Of a DNA stretch of 64,000 nt, positions 21,248-31,246 are shown one piece after another. The position numbers were made by a program, and so were the translations under genes. This DNA comes from an uncultured Verrucomicrobiae bacterium (GTDB lineage: Bacteria; Verrucomicrobiota; Verrucomicrobiia; Limisphaerales; Palsa-1400), in contig OY969763.1 of NCBI GenBank assembly GCA_963702845.1, positions 320,001 through 384,000 on the forward strand. The letters are read 5' to 3'. The notes under the pieces were generated by a model. It saw nothing but the letters and a program-made list of their open reading frames with translations, did not search any database and was not told where the DNA came from. Position 1 is the first letter of the stretch. Each line of letters starts with the position of its first letter.

Positions 21248-21342
21248 ACCGCTGCTGTCCGAGGCTACTATTAACCCCGATGTCGCGATAAAGTTTCGGA
21301 GGTGGGGCGCGTCGCTCCGCGCGCGCCGCCCGTGATCGAAGC

Positions 21343-23850
21343 CTACCGAACCACTGCCAACTGATTAGTGCGAATCCACCCGGTATGATGGGCCGCATCA
21401 GCGACTTGGAGCCAGTTGTCTTTGGAATCGACCACCAGCAATTCGGCTCCATCCCGGACGGTGAAGGCGCTTTGGGATTCGTCGAAGGGCCCGCGCCGAA
21501 CAACCGCTTCGGCTGTGGTGATCACACCGGATTTGGTTTGGGCGTTCGTATAATCGAAATAGAAGCATACCGCGAGACAGGCGGTTACCAGACCCAACGC
21601 GAATGTCGGTGCCTTCAACACTTTGCGGGTAGCTGGCCAATGTTGTTGGGTCGCCATGACGATAAAAAACACGCCGAGACTCACGCTGGCCGCGACAGTC
21701 CACTCGTTGACCGAAATATGGTTCATCCAACGCGTCCAACGGTTACCGGGCAGGGCAGGGATGTAATTGGCGACGTGATTGCGCGCGAACTGCAAATTGG
21801 CGCGGATATCCGGATCACGCGGCGCGAGTTGTTCGGCTTTCCGATAAGCGACGATGGCGCGACCGACCTGACCTGCCTTAAACCACGCGTTGCCGGCATT
21901 GAAGTAGAGCGCGGGCGAAACCACGCCGACTTGGATCAAATTGTCATAAGCTGCGGCCGACTCAGTGAATTTGCCCTGTTCATAAAGACGATTGGCCTGG
22001 CTGAATATGCTTTCGAGGTCCTGCGCATTCGCTCCGAGCACCGACGCAAGCAGCACAAGCGCGATGGCAGCCGTGGCCGTGCGCGATTTGTTTACTGGCT
22101 TGGCTTCAATGTTTTGCAGAACCCCTAGTGTCGCCTTGAGCTTGTCGATAACCGACTGCAACTCAGCCGAGCTTTGCTGGCGGGCGTAACGGTATTGATT
22201 GCACAACTGGAACAACTCCTGGACCTGCGCCGATTGCTCGCTGCTCAGAGGCAAGTCAGTGACGACTGACTCCGTAATCGCCGAAGCGGGCACATCAAGG
22301 CGTTCGCCGATTTGTTCCTGTAACAGGCGGAAAACCGTCGCATAAAATTCGGCGGGCTTGTTCGCCTGGGCATGCTGTGAAAGCTCGGCCAATCCGGCGT
22401 CAATCTTGCGCGCCACTTCCCGTTGCCGCAGCAGACGCGGATTGTTGGCGATCTTCTCTTTACGCTGACGCCACGCGAACGCGAAAATAAACGCCAGCGC
22501 CGGCACCGCTTGCGCGGCGATGAAGACGGGTTTTTGGATAAGCAGGTGCGTCCCACGAGTGACTGTGCCCAGCGACTGCTTGATATGCACAATTTCCTGC
22601 GCGTTCGACTGCTGCTGGTCCGATGGCGGGCTCGTTTGCACGATCGTCGGTTGCGGCGTGGCGGCGGTCGGACGCACCACGACCGGTAGCGGCGCATGTT
22701 CCAACGTGCGAAACGCGCGTGCATTCGGGTCGAAGAAACTGAAGGTCAGTCCGGGGATCTCTTTGACATCGGCGTTCTCCGGCGTGATGACCTGCTCGAA
22801 ATACTTCGAACCATCAATCTGCATCTGGTCGCGTGTCTCGACCTTTGCCGTCGGCGGATACAACTTGAACTCGCGCCAATCCGCTGTCGTCGGCGCCGAT
22901 GGAATCGAGACCGTATCCCAACTGCCTTGCCCCGCGATGCGGATCTTCAAAGTAATCGGGTCACCCACAGCAACATTCGTCGGCCCGGCCTGATATTGCG
23001 CCAGTGTGAAATTCCCAACCGCACCGGTAAAGTTCGCCGGAGCATTCTTAGTGGGGAGGGGCAAAACGTTCACGTCAACCGTATCGCTTTGCACCGTCAC
23101 CGGACGCGCCTGGGCGAAACCGAAAAAGTCCGGGTTGCCGGTGATTAGATTCATGCTCCAATTTGCCGGCCCAAGTGTGAGCGGACCGATGCGCGTGGCG
23201 CGGACCGGCACGCGAAACGTGAGCAAATTATAGATATTCGCGCCAATCGTCACGCGCGGCGCTTGCTGACGATAATCCGGCACCTCACCCACCATGAAGC
23301 CTTCGCTAGCGAGCACTGGCTTTTGAACTTCACGCGCGCTCTGCACGTAGCATTGCAGTTCGACCGGAACGACTTCGCCGACGTAAAACTCCTTCTTCGG
23401 AATGACGAGCCGGACGAAGACTGGTTCAGTTCCCGCCGGTTTGACGATGCTGCCGGCCCTTTCCACCTTCAGCTTCAACGGCTGACTCGCCACCGGGCGG
23501 CCGTCAATGTCGGATTGAATGGCCGGAATAGTGAACTCGCCCACCTTTTGCGGTTTGAGTTCAAACGTGTAAGTGGCCGTCATTTGCGGCACGCCATTGA
23601 TGAGGCTGATGTTTTGGCTCGTGCCGGTTGAGCCGTATTCGATATCCGGAATCGGCGGAGCAGTTGGTTGATTACGCGGAGTTCCGCCTTCGAAAGTCAG
23701 CGACAGCGTGACCGCTTCGCCCAAGCTGATCGTTTCGCGGTCGAGGCTTGCGGAAAAATTCGGCGCAGCCGCGGCCATTAAGGGCATCAGGCAAAGCAAA
23801 CCCCACGCAGGCAAGAACCTGCGTATTACGGAGAATAATCTGTTTATCAT
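21343..23850 (-). CDS. BatD-family protein fused to BatE-like TPR+SH3 module
   Basis: Signal peptide, BatD Ig-like repeats (FTGAVG.F, VGDPITL.I.I.G.G), TM segments, TPR (LYFNAGNAWFK..PRDPDIRANL), C-terminal SH3 (GWI). Confidence 0.8.
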   Translation of the reverse strand: MINRLFSVIRRFLPAWGLLCLMPLMAAAAPNFSASLDRETISLGEAVTLSLTFEGGTPRNQPTAPPIPDIEYGSTGTSQNISLINGVPQMTATYTFELKPQKVGEFTIPAIQSDIDGRPVASQPLKLKVERAGSIVKPAGTEPVFVRLVIPKKEFYVGEVVPVELQCYVQSAREVQKPVLASEGFMVGEVPDYRQQAPRVTIGANIYNLLTFRVPVRATRIGPLTLGPANWSMNLITGNPDFFGFAQARPVTVQSDTVDVNVLPLPTKNAPANFTGAVGNFTLAQYQAGPTNVAVGDPITLKIRIAGQGSWDTVSIPSAPTTADWREFKLYPPTAKVETRDQMQIDGSKYFEQVITPENADVKEIPGLTFSFFDPNARAFRTLEHAPLPVVVRPTAATPQPTIVQTSPPSDQQQSNAQEIVHIKQSLGTVTRGTHLLIQKPVFIAAQAVPALAFIFAFAWRQRKEKIANNPRLLRQREVARKIDAGLAELSQHAQANKPAEFYATVFRLLQEQIGERLDVPASAITESVVTDLPLSSEQSAQVQELFQLCNQYRYARQQSSAELQSVIDKLKATLGVLQNIEAKPVNKSRTATAAIALVLLASVLGANAQDLESIFSQANRLYEQGKFTESAAAYDNLIQVGVVSPALYFNAGNAWFKAGQVGRAIVAYRKAEQLAPRDPDIRANLQFARNHVANYIPALPGNRWTRWMNHISVNEWTVAASVSLGVFFIVMATQQHWPATRKVLKAPTFALGLVTACLAVCFYFDYTNAQTKSGVITTAEAVVRRGPFDESQSAFTVRDGAELLVVDSKDNWLQVADAAHHTGWIRTNQLAVVR

Positions 23851-23927
23851 CGTTTGCTGCACGGGTAGATAGACAAATAAGTTTCGTGATTGTTCACCCC
23901 GGAAGCAAGCTTCGAGGCGCTCGTTTT

Positions 23928-24042
23928 CGGAATGCGGACGTCCTCGCCCGCAGCAACGTAAAATGCCAACGACAGCGCACGAATTAACCCCGGCGGTGGC
24001 CTGCAAGACTGGCATCGCTGCGGACGAGGAAGTTTGCACCCG
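23928..24042. repeat. REP/MITE-like element with imperfect ~27-bp terminal inverted repeats
   Basis: CGGAATGCGGACGTCCTCGCCCGCAGC ... GCTGCGGACGAGGAAGTTTGCACCCG; a further arm at 28132-28157. Confidence 0.65.
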
Positions 24043-24127
24043 ATTTTTGCGCTCCACGGATTGCTCCTACCCCGCAACCGAGCTTGCTTTGGACCGCATC
24101 ATACTTACGAAACGCGCCGAACCAATC

Positions 24128-24682
24128 TTACAACCCCTGTTTCTGCAGGAAAATACCACGATCAAGCTTCGCGAAAAATTCCTGGTAGACTTTCCCGTCG
24201 ACGATTGGGCCGGCCTGCGTGTTGAGGGCGGGCGTGCCGTAGTATCCGTAGAAGCCGCCAACCGTTGTAATCACCCGTTGCAGACCAATGCGCACTTTTA
24301 TACCGGAGGTAACGGGCGTGATGTTTGCCGTCGCTTCAATTTTCGCGGTGCCACCATTCACCCGAAGGCCAGCGGCTCCCGGGAAAAAGTTGCCAGTGAC
24401 GTTGAACAGCAAATCGCTCGTCCCGGTGATGGTCTTGGTCGCGTGCAGAATTCCCATTTCAATGTGCGCGTAATCGACGATGAACCCGTCGTCCTGCAAA
24501 ACATTGAGCACGGTTTTCAACATCGATTTGGGATCCTGCAACGCGTAGCTGCGGGTTTGGATGGCGCGCAGCTCTGTCGGCGGCAACGCCGCAGCATCTG
24601 GGGAGTTGAAGGTGGAAACGCAACCGCTTGCCGCGATGGCGGCGAGCAACAGCGCCACCTTCCACGTGTGGGAAAGTTTCAT
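24128..24682 (-). CDS. Hypothetical lipoprotein
   Basis: Lipobox ASGC; LRAIQTR...VLQDDGF...YQEFFAKL; downstream partner of a similar lipoprotein. Confidence 0.75.
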   Translation of the reverse strand: MKLSHTWKVALLLAAIAASGCVSTFNSPDAAALPPTELRAIQTRSYALQDPKSMLKTVLNVLQDDGFIVDYAHIEMGILHATKTITGTSDLLFNVTGNFFPGAAGLRVNGGTAKIEATANITPVTSGIKVRIGLQRVITTVGGFYGYYGTPALNTQAGPIVDGKVYQEFFAKLDRGIFLQKQGL

Positions 24683-24691
24683 GGGCGCGCC

Positions 24692-25174
24692 TTAGAAGCG
24701 GGTGGAGTTGTAGGCGACGGATTCGACTTTGTGATCGGGCGCGAACTTGATGATCACCGTCAAGGTGCGCTGGGTGATGCTGGCTGCGGCGGCGGATTTG
24801 GAATAGGAGCCAGCGAGGTGTCCGGAAATCGGGCCGTGATCAATCGGAGGGAAGTTATAACTGCCAGGATTATTCAGTTCGTTGCCCGCCAATGTCGCGG
24901 CGATGTTGCCATTGTCCTGGGAAAAGGAAGCTTCCGAGGCGATTTTGTCGTAAATCCACGTCTCGCGTTGTTCGTTGTCGCCGGTGACGATGTTCGGCGA
25001 GCCGAGTGCGGCAGCGACGTCGGCGGCGGATACGCCGGGTTTGACGCTTTTCTGGACAATACCGAGCGTCAAAGCGCGGTCATTGGCGGAGCTGAGTTGT
25101 TGCGCGTGTTGCGCGGCCGTCATGCATCCGGCGAGAACAGCGCAGAGGGGGAGCACTAACAGGAGTTGTTTCAT
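24692..25174 (-). CDS. BamE/SmpA-like lipoprotein
   Basis: Lipobox LAGC; G.S..DV...LGSP...ETWIY...LTVIIKF...V pattern. Confidence 0.7.
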   Translation of the reverse strand: MKQLLLVLPLCAVLAGCMTAAQHAQQLSSANDRALTLGIVQKSVKPGVSAADVAAALGSPNIVTGDNEQRETWIYDKIASEASFSQDNGNIAATLAGNELNNPGSYNFPPIDHGPISGHLAGSYSKSAAAASITQRTLTVIIKFAPDHKVESVAYNSTRF

Positions 25175-25324
25175 TGGTTGAATGTTTGGTTGTTTGAGAC
25201 TGAATTTGGTGCGCGCGATATTGCCATGGCGTGCGAAACCGTCAAGTTGAACGTGACGCCGTTTGATTATGGTCAACTGCGCAATGTCTTGAACTGGTGA
25301 ACGGCCAGACCGTAATACTCTGCG

Positions 25325-27112
25325 ATGCGCACTGCTGCTCTCCGCAAACTCATTGGGATTTCACTCGGACTCGTTGTCGCATTCGGATGCGAGCGCGTGT
25401 TCAGTGCGCAAGCGGCAACGAACGCAATCAAACAGTGCGAGGTGCGATATTTTGATTTTCCTGCCGTGTCAGTGACGAACACCGCGCCGGGCCGTTGGTT
25501 TGTGGATTTCGGGCAGGACGCGTTTGGATATTTATCGGTGCGTGGCGGAGCCGGATTCGCGGGAAGCAACGTCGTTGTGCGGTTTGGCGAGATGCGCAAA
25601 GGAAATGCGGTCGAGACGAAGCCGCAGGGTCTGGTGCGCTACGGGACCAACGCGTTCGCGTTCCAAAGCGACAAGGCCATCTACGACATTCACCCGCCGC
25701 ATATAGGTGGAGCCGTGAATCCGCCGACGAACTTCGGTTCGGTGATGCCGTTTCGATATGTCGAGCTGCGGAATTTTCCGGGAACACTCACGAATACGGA
25801 TATTGTGCAGCACAGATTGGCTGCGGATTTTGATACGAACGCGGCGCGGTTTGAGAGCTCGAGTGAAGCGCTGAATTCGATTTGGAATCTCTGCCGCAAT
25901 TCAATGCAGTGGCTGACATTTGACGGCGTTTACATCGATGGCGATCGCGAACGCAAACCATACGAGGCCGATGCCTACATTCAACAGCTCAGCACTTACG
26001 CGGTGCAAAACGATTTCAAAATGCCGCGCTGCTCGTTTGAGTATCTGGTCGCGCATCCAACGTGGCCAACGGAATGGAGTTTCCACATGGTCTTCATAGC
26101 GTGGGCTGATTACATGCAGACGGGAAACAAGGATTTGTTGCTCAAGTATTACGACGTGCTGAAGAAGAAGTGCCTGCTCAATCACGCGCGCGCTGATGGA
26201 TTGATTCGTGGCAACGGAAAGAATGATGTCATCGATTGGCCACCGGCCGACCGCGACGGCTACGACATGAAACTGGAATACAAAGCGGTGGTGAACGCGT
26301 TTTATTACCGCTGCATGGTCATCATGGAGCAAGTGGCGCGAGTGACTGGCCACAACAAAGACGCAGGGGATTTCAAGCATTGCGCGGCCAACGTGTACAA
26401 AAGTTTCGACAAAGTGTTTTGGAACGAGGGTAGCTACGTCGATGGCGAAGGTTCGATGCATTCGTCGGCGCATGCGAATTTTTTCCCACTCGCATTCGGG
26501 TTGGTGCCACAGGAAAAGCGCCCGGCTGTGCTCAAGTTTCTGCACGGTCGCACCGAAGCGAATGGCGGGATGGTGCCGAGTGTTTATGGTGCGCAATATT
26601 TGTTGGAGGCGCTTTTTGAAAATGACGACACGGACACGGCGTTAGGTCTGATCACGACGAACAGCCCACGCAGTTGGCTGAACATGATGAACGCGGGTTC
26701 GACGCTCACGACGGAAGCGTGGAGTTTTGCCGATAAGGCGAACCAGGATTGGAACCACGCATGGGGCTCGGCGCCGGGAAATTTAACCGCGCGTTATGTG
26801 CTAGGCGTGCGGCCGTTAAAGCCGGGCTTTAGCGAAGTGGTCATTCAACCGCGGCTCGGCACGACGTTGCAATTTGTGAAGGGAACTGTTCCGACGATTC
26901 GCGGGCCGATTGAGATTAGCGTGCGAGAACACGACGGCGACATGGATGTGTCGTTGAAAATTCCGGCGAGCGTGACTGCGACTGTGGTGCTGCCGACTAC
27001 GAACAAGGAAGTCGTTCTAGATGGCAAAATAGTTTCCGGCAGCAGATCAAATCAGTGGCTGGTGCTTAAAAATGTCGGCGCGGGATCACACGACGTTCGC
27101 GCCAAACGTTAA
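25325..27112 (+). CDS. Alpha-L-rhamnosidase (GH78 family)
   Basis: VDFGQ, FRYVE, IDGDRER..YEAD, DWP, TTEAW, NHAWGS, LGVRP..PGF, PTIRG.I. Confidence 0.88.
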   Translation: MRTAALRKLIGISLGLVVAFGCERVFSAQAATNAIKQCEVRYFDFPAVSVTNTAPGRWFVDFGQDAFGYLSVRGGAGFAGSNVVVRFGEMRKGNAVETKPQGLVRYGTNAFAFQSDKAIYDIHPPHIGGAVNPPTNFGSVMPFRYVELRNFPGTLTNTDIVQHRLAADFDTNAARFESSSEALNSIWNLCRNSMQWLTFDGVYIDGDRERKPYEADAYIQQLSTYAVQNDFKMPRCSFEYLVAHPTWPTEWSFHMVFIAWADYMQTGNKDLLLKYYDVLKKKCLLNHARADGLIRGNGKNDVIDWPPADRDGYDMKLEYKAVVNAFYYRCMVIMEQVARVTGHNKDAGDFKHCAANVYKSFDKVFWNEGSYVDGEGSMHSSAHANFFPLAFGLVPQEKRPAVLKFLHGRTEANGGMVPSVYGAQYLLEALFENDDTDTALGLITTNSPRSWLNMMNAGSTLTTEAWSFADKANQDWNHAWGSAPGNLTARYVLGVRPLKPGFSEVVIQPRLGTTLQFVKGTVPTIRGPIEISVREHDGDMDVSLKIPASVTATVVLPTTNKEVVLDGKIVSGSRSNQWLVLKNVGAGSHDVRAKR

Positions 27113-27120
27113 AGCTGCCG

Positions 27121-27645
27121 TTACTTTTCAACGATACTCTTGAGTGACGCGAGGCCTTTGGCGAAATCTTTGCCGCACATGTCTTCGCAGTTCATGAAAA
27201 GGCCGAAGATTTTGAAAGCAGTGTTGGTTTTGCCGGTCATGGTCCATTTGACGTCCGTTTGAGAGGCTTCTGGGTCGAAACGGAACTCGGCCATGTTCGT
27301 GGCGGCGAAGGGACGGAAGAATTCGAGTTTAAAGCGGATGAAAGTGCTCGGGCGATTGTCGGTGATCGTCATGCGGCCAGCGCCGACTTTTTTGTTTCCT
27401 TCCCATGACATGATCGCGCCAGGCCCAGCGACCGGGCCTTCGAAGTTGTATTTGCAAGTGGGGTCGAGTTTGGCCCAGGGCGACCAGGCGTCCCATTGGT
27501 GCAGATCGTTGACGTGCGGGAAAATTTTTTCTGGTAGAGCGGAGATTTTTGTCGAGCGACAGACGGCAAATTCATCAGGCACACCGGCAATGATGACGAT
27601 GAAGAGAATCGCGATGATGACGAGAGCGAGGATGATCGGGAGCAT
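27121..27645 (-). CDS. SRPBCC / polyketide cyclase-like protein
   Basis: N-terminal TM; VNDL..W.AWSPW..LDP, GNKKVG.G.M.I, GKDF..GL..LK. Confidence 0.88.
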   Translation of the reverse strand: MLPIILALVIIAILFIVIIAGVPDEFAVCRSTKISALPEKIFPHVNDLHQWDAWSPWAKLDPTCKYNFEGPVAGPGAIMSWEGNKKVGAGRMTITDNRPSTFIRFKLEFFRPFAATNMAEFRFDPEASQTDVKWTMTGKTNTAFKIFGLFMNCEDMCGKDFAKGLASLKSIVEK

Positions 27646-27675
27646 GGCGGAAAAAAGTTAGGAATTAGAATGTTT

Positions 27676-28062
27676 TTAGTTGAGCAACTCAGCGAATTTG
27701 GCGCGGGCGGTCCATAACAAGAACAGCGCGAGGACGATGACGACAATGAGCATGGGGTTCAGAAAACTTTGAGGACCCGCAATAAACGCGCTGTTAGCGA
27801 TGATGTTCACGATGATCGGTCCAAGAATGAGGAGGCCGATGTTACGCAGGCGCGGGATCATGACGAGGATGCCGCCGACAAGTTCGAAAACTTTGACGAA
27901 TGTGAAATAGCCGGTTGGTCCGAATGCGGCCATGAAGTGAGCGATAGGTGTGCCTTCCTGGAGTGTCGGCATCGGAACGAGATGGAGCAGGAACGGAATG
28001 CTCGCGGCGAGAAAACAGAGGCCGAGCAAAATTCCGGCGATGTTCGGGAGAATTTTTTTCAT
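27676..28062 (-). CDS. DoxX-family membrane protein
   Basis: Four hydrophobic helices; TGY..FVK.FEL.GG.L, L.PIIVNI. Confidence 0.75.
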   Translation of the reverse strand: MKKILPNIAGILLGLCFLAASIPFLLHLVPMPTLQEGTPIAHFMAAFGPTGYFTFVKVFELVGGILVMIPRLRNIGLLILGPIIVNIIANSAFIAGPQSFLNPMLIVVIVLALFLLWTARAKFAELLN

Positions 28063-28157
28063 GGATGCGTGGGGATTATAGCGATGCATTGAGTCAACTC
28101 AAGGCCGCTGTCATCGTTGCACTTTTCCGGCGTACGGACGAGGACGTCCACGCCCCG

Positions 28158-29582
28158 CTAGTTGTGCGGTTGACCGATCCAATATTGCCGGGCGTGTGCG
28201 AAACAAGCGGTTCCGATTTGGCGACCGAGAACGCGCGAGTTGAGATCGCCTTGTTCAAAGTGGATGCCACCATAACGACGCGACATGCCGGCTTCATCGG
28301 CAGCGTCGGAAAAGGTTGCCCATGACAATTTCAGAATTTGCGCAGGCACCGCGCCCGGTTCTACTTTCGAGGAACCTGCAGCAATCGTAACGGAGTAGTT
28401 GAAAACATCGCTGCCGGTGAATTCTTTTAATACTTCGGCTCCCGCGGCGCTAAACGCGCTGTGCCCAGAGCAGTATTCAGCGAAAGCCGGTGTGACGACG
28501 GTGAGTGGTTGATAGGGAATCCAATCTTCGCCATTGATGACTTTAGCGCCCTGATAGGGGCCGGCCCAGACGCGGATTTTTTTGCCTTTTTTGAGGAAGC
28601 GAATGGCGGTGATGGGACGCTCGGAATCGTAAACACGTTTGCATTCCCAAACGGCGATGCTGGCATCAAGCATGGCGTTGCCGAGTGCGAAAAACAGTTT
28701 TACATCGTCATCGATCGACATGTGATCGCGTTTTGAAATGACTTGCGCGAAGAGGTTCCAGTGGCCGGGCGGGAGTTCGGAATTCGGACCATCGGCCCAA
28801 TATTCGGCGATCATTTTTGTGCGGTCATCAAGCTTTTCGCTCAGGTGAATGAGCGCTTCGGCCTGGGCGATGTATTGGCCGTTCGGAAATCGAATCGGCT
28901 CTTCCGGGCGAAGTGCAGAGCCGTTCGGCATGGCAAATGGAAAGACGTTTGACCAAAACGGCGCGACGAATTTTTGGATGGTATAGCCGCCGTGGCCGTC
29001 GGAAACGGCCAAGGGTTGCCAGCGATTTGGATCGATGATTTGGTCGGGAGTGTTGATTGGAGCGTAGCCGGTGTAATCGGAATAGGCGCCCGCATGAAGG
29101 TCGCCGAGTTGATTTGCGCCATCGTGATGCCGGAATTGGAGGACAGCGGCTGCGGCGACATTGCCAATTCCAGTGGGCGTGCTGGTGTCGGTCGTCGTGT
29201 CGTTCGGATCGAAACCCATGCTTTGCATGAGTGAATCGGCCATCGGTTTTTGCGTCGGAAATAAATCCACCATGGCGCGGTACGCTGCGTAGCTGATGGC
29301 TTTTTGTTTGTTCGCTTCAGTGCGTTCACTCGCGGGACGACGGAGCGTTGCGCCGAGACGCGTGCCGGCGGCATTCGCGTCATACGCGGTCCAGGCTTCG
29401 TATTCGCAGGTTTGAACGATGGCCAACATGCGCGCGACCATCGGCGGACCGGGTTTGGTGACGCGGATGGCCTGGAGCGTGGCGTCGTTCCAATCGGTGA
29501 CGAGGGAATCGGCGAAGGTGTGTGCAGCAAAAGAGAAGACCACAGACGCAAGCAGGGCCTTGAACGAAATCCTGAGTTTCAT
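28158..29582 (-). CDS. Secreted vanadium-dependent haloperoxidase (PAP2 superfamily)
   Basis: W.CK..YD..RP, P.F.EY.SGHS, SR.YGGIHF vanadate-binding motifs; signal peptide. Confidence 0.9.
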   Translation of the reverse strand: MKLRISFKALLASVVFSFAAHTFADSLVTDWNDATLQAIRVTKPGPPMVARMLAIVQTCEYEAWTAYDANAAGTRLGATLRRPASERTEANKQKAISYAAYRAMVDLFPTQKPMADSLMQSMGFDPNDTTTDTSTPTGIGNVAAAAVLQFRHHDGANQLGDLHAGAYSDYTGYAPINTPDQIIDPNRWQPLAVSDGHGGYTIQKFVAPFWSNVFPFAMPNGSALRPEEPIRFPNGQYIAQAEALIHLSEKLDDRTKMIAEYWADGPNSELPPGHWNLFAQVISKRDHMSIDDDVKLFFALGNAMLDASIAVWECKRVYDSERPITAIRFLKKGKKIRVWAGPYQGAKVINGEDWIPYQPLTVVTPAFAEYCSGHSAFSAAGAEVLKEFTGSDVFNYSVTIAAGSSKVEPGAVPAQILKLSWATFSDAADEAGMSRRYGGIHFEQGDLNSRVLGRQIGTACFAHARQYWIGQPHN

Positions 29583-29769
29583 GAATTGGTTTATCTGACA
29601 ACCGAAGCTCAACGGGATGTCGAGGTGGAGTGTGGGAGTTCCAAAAAAAGCAGTCGAGCAGCTTCGGATCAGAGTGGGCCTGTTTGATGCGTCAGGTTTT
29701 CCTGTAAGTTAAACGGCTCGTTCTAAATCGTTGACCACATCCGCGGTCGCTCATATAAACAGCGACACC

Positions 29770-30447
29770 ATGCGTTCAAGATTTTTTGGTCCCGCGTTCA
29801 TCGCGTTGTTGTCGTCAACCCTCATTGCCAGTGCCGCGCCGAAATGGACGGTTCTTTTCGACGGCAAAAATGCCGATCAATGGCGCGGATATCATCGCGA
29901 CGGATTTCCGAGTGATTGTTGGGTGATTGAAAACGGCACATTGCGCACCTTGCCGGGCAAACCCGGTCCGGTCGACCTGATCACGAAAGAAAATTACACT
30001 GATTTTGAACTGGAGCTGGAATGGAAGGTTACGCCCGCGGCGAACAGTGGAGTCATTTATCGCGCGTCGGAAGAATTTGATCACTCTTGGAAAACGGGCA
30101 CCGAATATCAAGTGCTGGACGACGAAAAGAACGGCGACGGCAAAGATCCCAAACGGAGCGCTGGATCGTTATACGCTCTTATTGCCCCGACGAACAAACA
30201 CCTCAAGCCGGTCGGCGACTGGAACAAGGCGCGAATTGTTTTCCATAAGAACCACGTCGAACATTGGCTCAACGGCAAGAAGGTCGTCGAATACACCTGG
30301 GGAAGCCCTGAGCTGAAGGATTTGATCGCCAACAGTAAATTTAGCAGCATGCCGAAGTTTGCGACCGAATCGACCGGTCACATCTGCCTGCAACACCATG
30401 GCGGCGATGTGTCGTTCCGCAAAATTCGTATTCGCAAGCTCGACTGA
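29770..30447 (+). CDS. DUF1080 (3-keto-disaccharide hydrolase family) protein
   Basis: LFDGK, DFELELEWK..NSG, EYQVLD, GSLY, EHWLNG, LQHHG..V.FR.I. Confidence 0.92.
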   Translation: MRSRFFGPAFIALLSSTLIASAAPKWTVLFDGKNADQWRGYHRDGFPSDCWVIENGTLRTLPGKPGPVDLITKENYTDFELELEWKVTPAANSGVIYRASEEFDHSWKTGTEYQVLDDEKNGDGKDPKRSAGSLYALIAPTNKHLKPVGDWNKARIVFHKNHVEHWLNGKKVVEYTWGSPELKDLIANSKFSSMPKFATESTGHICLQHHGGDVSFRKIRIRKLD

Positions 30448-30498
30448 GATCCGAATTGGAAAAAAAGCGCCGAATTCAAAGTTTAAAATAAATTTGTA

Positions 30499-31233
30499 AT
30501 GAAACGTCATTTGTTGGTGCTTGGGGCTTTGATCTTATCTGGTGCTTGCAGCCTGGTGTTTGGAGCTTCTGAGCCGAACACGTTGACGGACGCTGAGAAA
30601 TCCGCCGGCTGGAAACTTCTGTTCGCCGGCAGGACCTTCGACGGTTGGCGCTCCTTTCACTCCCCCAACATTCATTCGAACTGGGTTGTATCCGATGAGT
30701 GCTTGCATCACATCCCAAAGGACAAAGGCGGACACGACTTAATCAGTGACGCCATGTTTGGCGATTTTGAATTGGAGTGGGATTGGAAAATTGCGCCGAA
30801 AGCGAACAGCGGCGTGAAATATTTCATTACCGACGACGGCAAACAACCGCTAGGCTTCGAATACCAGATGATCGATGATGAACATTGGGACCCGAAACAT
30901 TCGTTACATCAGACGATGAAGGGGACGGGCTCCCTCTACGATATGTTGCCGCCTAAGGGTGTGCACACCTCGCCAGTTGGCGAATTCAATCATTCGCGTA
31001 TTGTAGTTTCAGGTAATCACATTGAGCATTGGCTCAACGGAGAAAAGGTGGTTCAGACCGACCTAGGAAGTACCACGTTGAAATCCGCAATCGCCCGAAG
31101 CAAGTTCAAGGACGTGCCCCGATTCGGTGAATACAAAAGAGGGCACATCTTATTACAGGACCATGGCGATGAGGTATGGTTCAGAAGTTTGAAGATTCGA
31201 ACGACTGGGCAAGCAGTGAGAAAAAGTGAATAA
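30499..31233 (+). CDS. DUF1080 protein, second paralogue
   Basis: NTLT.AEK..GW.LLF, DFEL.W.WK..NSGVKY, EYQ.ID, LQDHG..VWFR. Confidence 0.92.
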   Translation: MKRHLLVLGALILSGACSLVFGASEPNTLTDAEKSAGWKLLFAGRTFDGWRSFHSPNIHSNWVVSDECLHHIPKDKGGHDLISDAMFGDFELEWDWKIAPKANSGVKYFITDDGKQPLGFEYQMIDDEHWDPKHSLHQTMKGTGSLYDMLPPKGVHTSPVGEFNHSRIVVSGNHIEHWLNGEKVVQTDLGSTTLKSAIARSKFKDVPRFGEYKRGHILLQDHGDEVWFRSLKIRTTGQAVRKSE

Positions 31234-31246
31234 GTCGAAAAAGTCT

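Noticed and set aside
23963..25159. 398-aa plus-strand ORF
   Set aside because: Antisense to two lipoproteins that have clear lipoboxes
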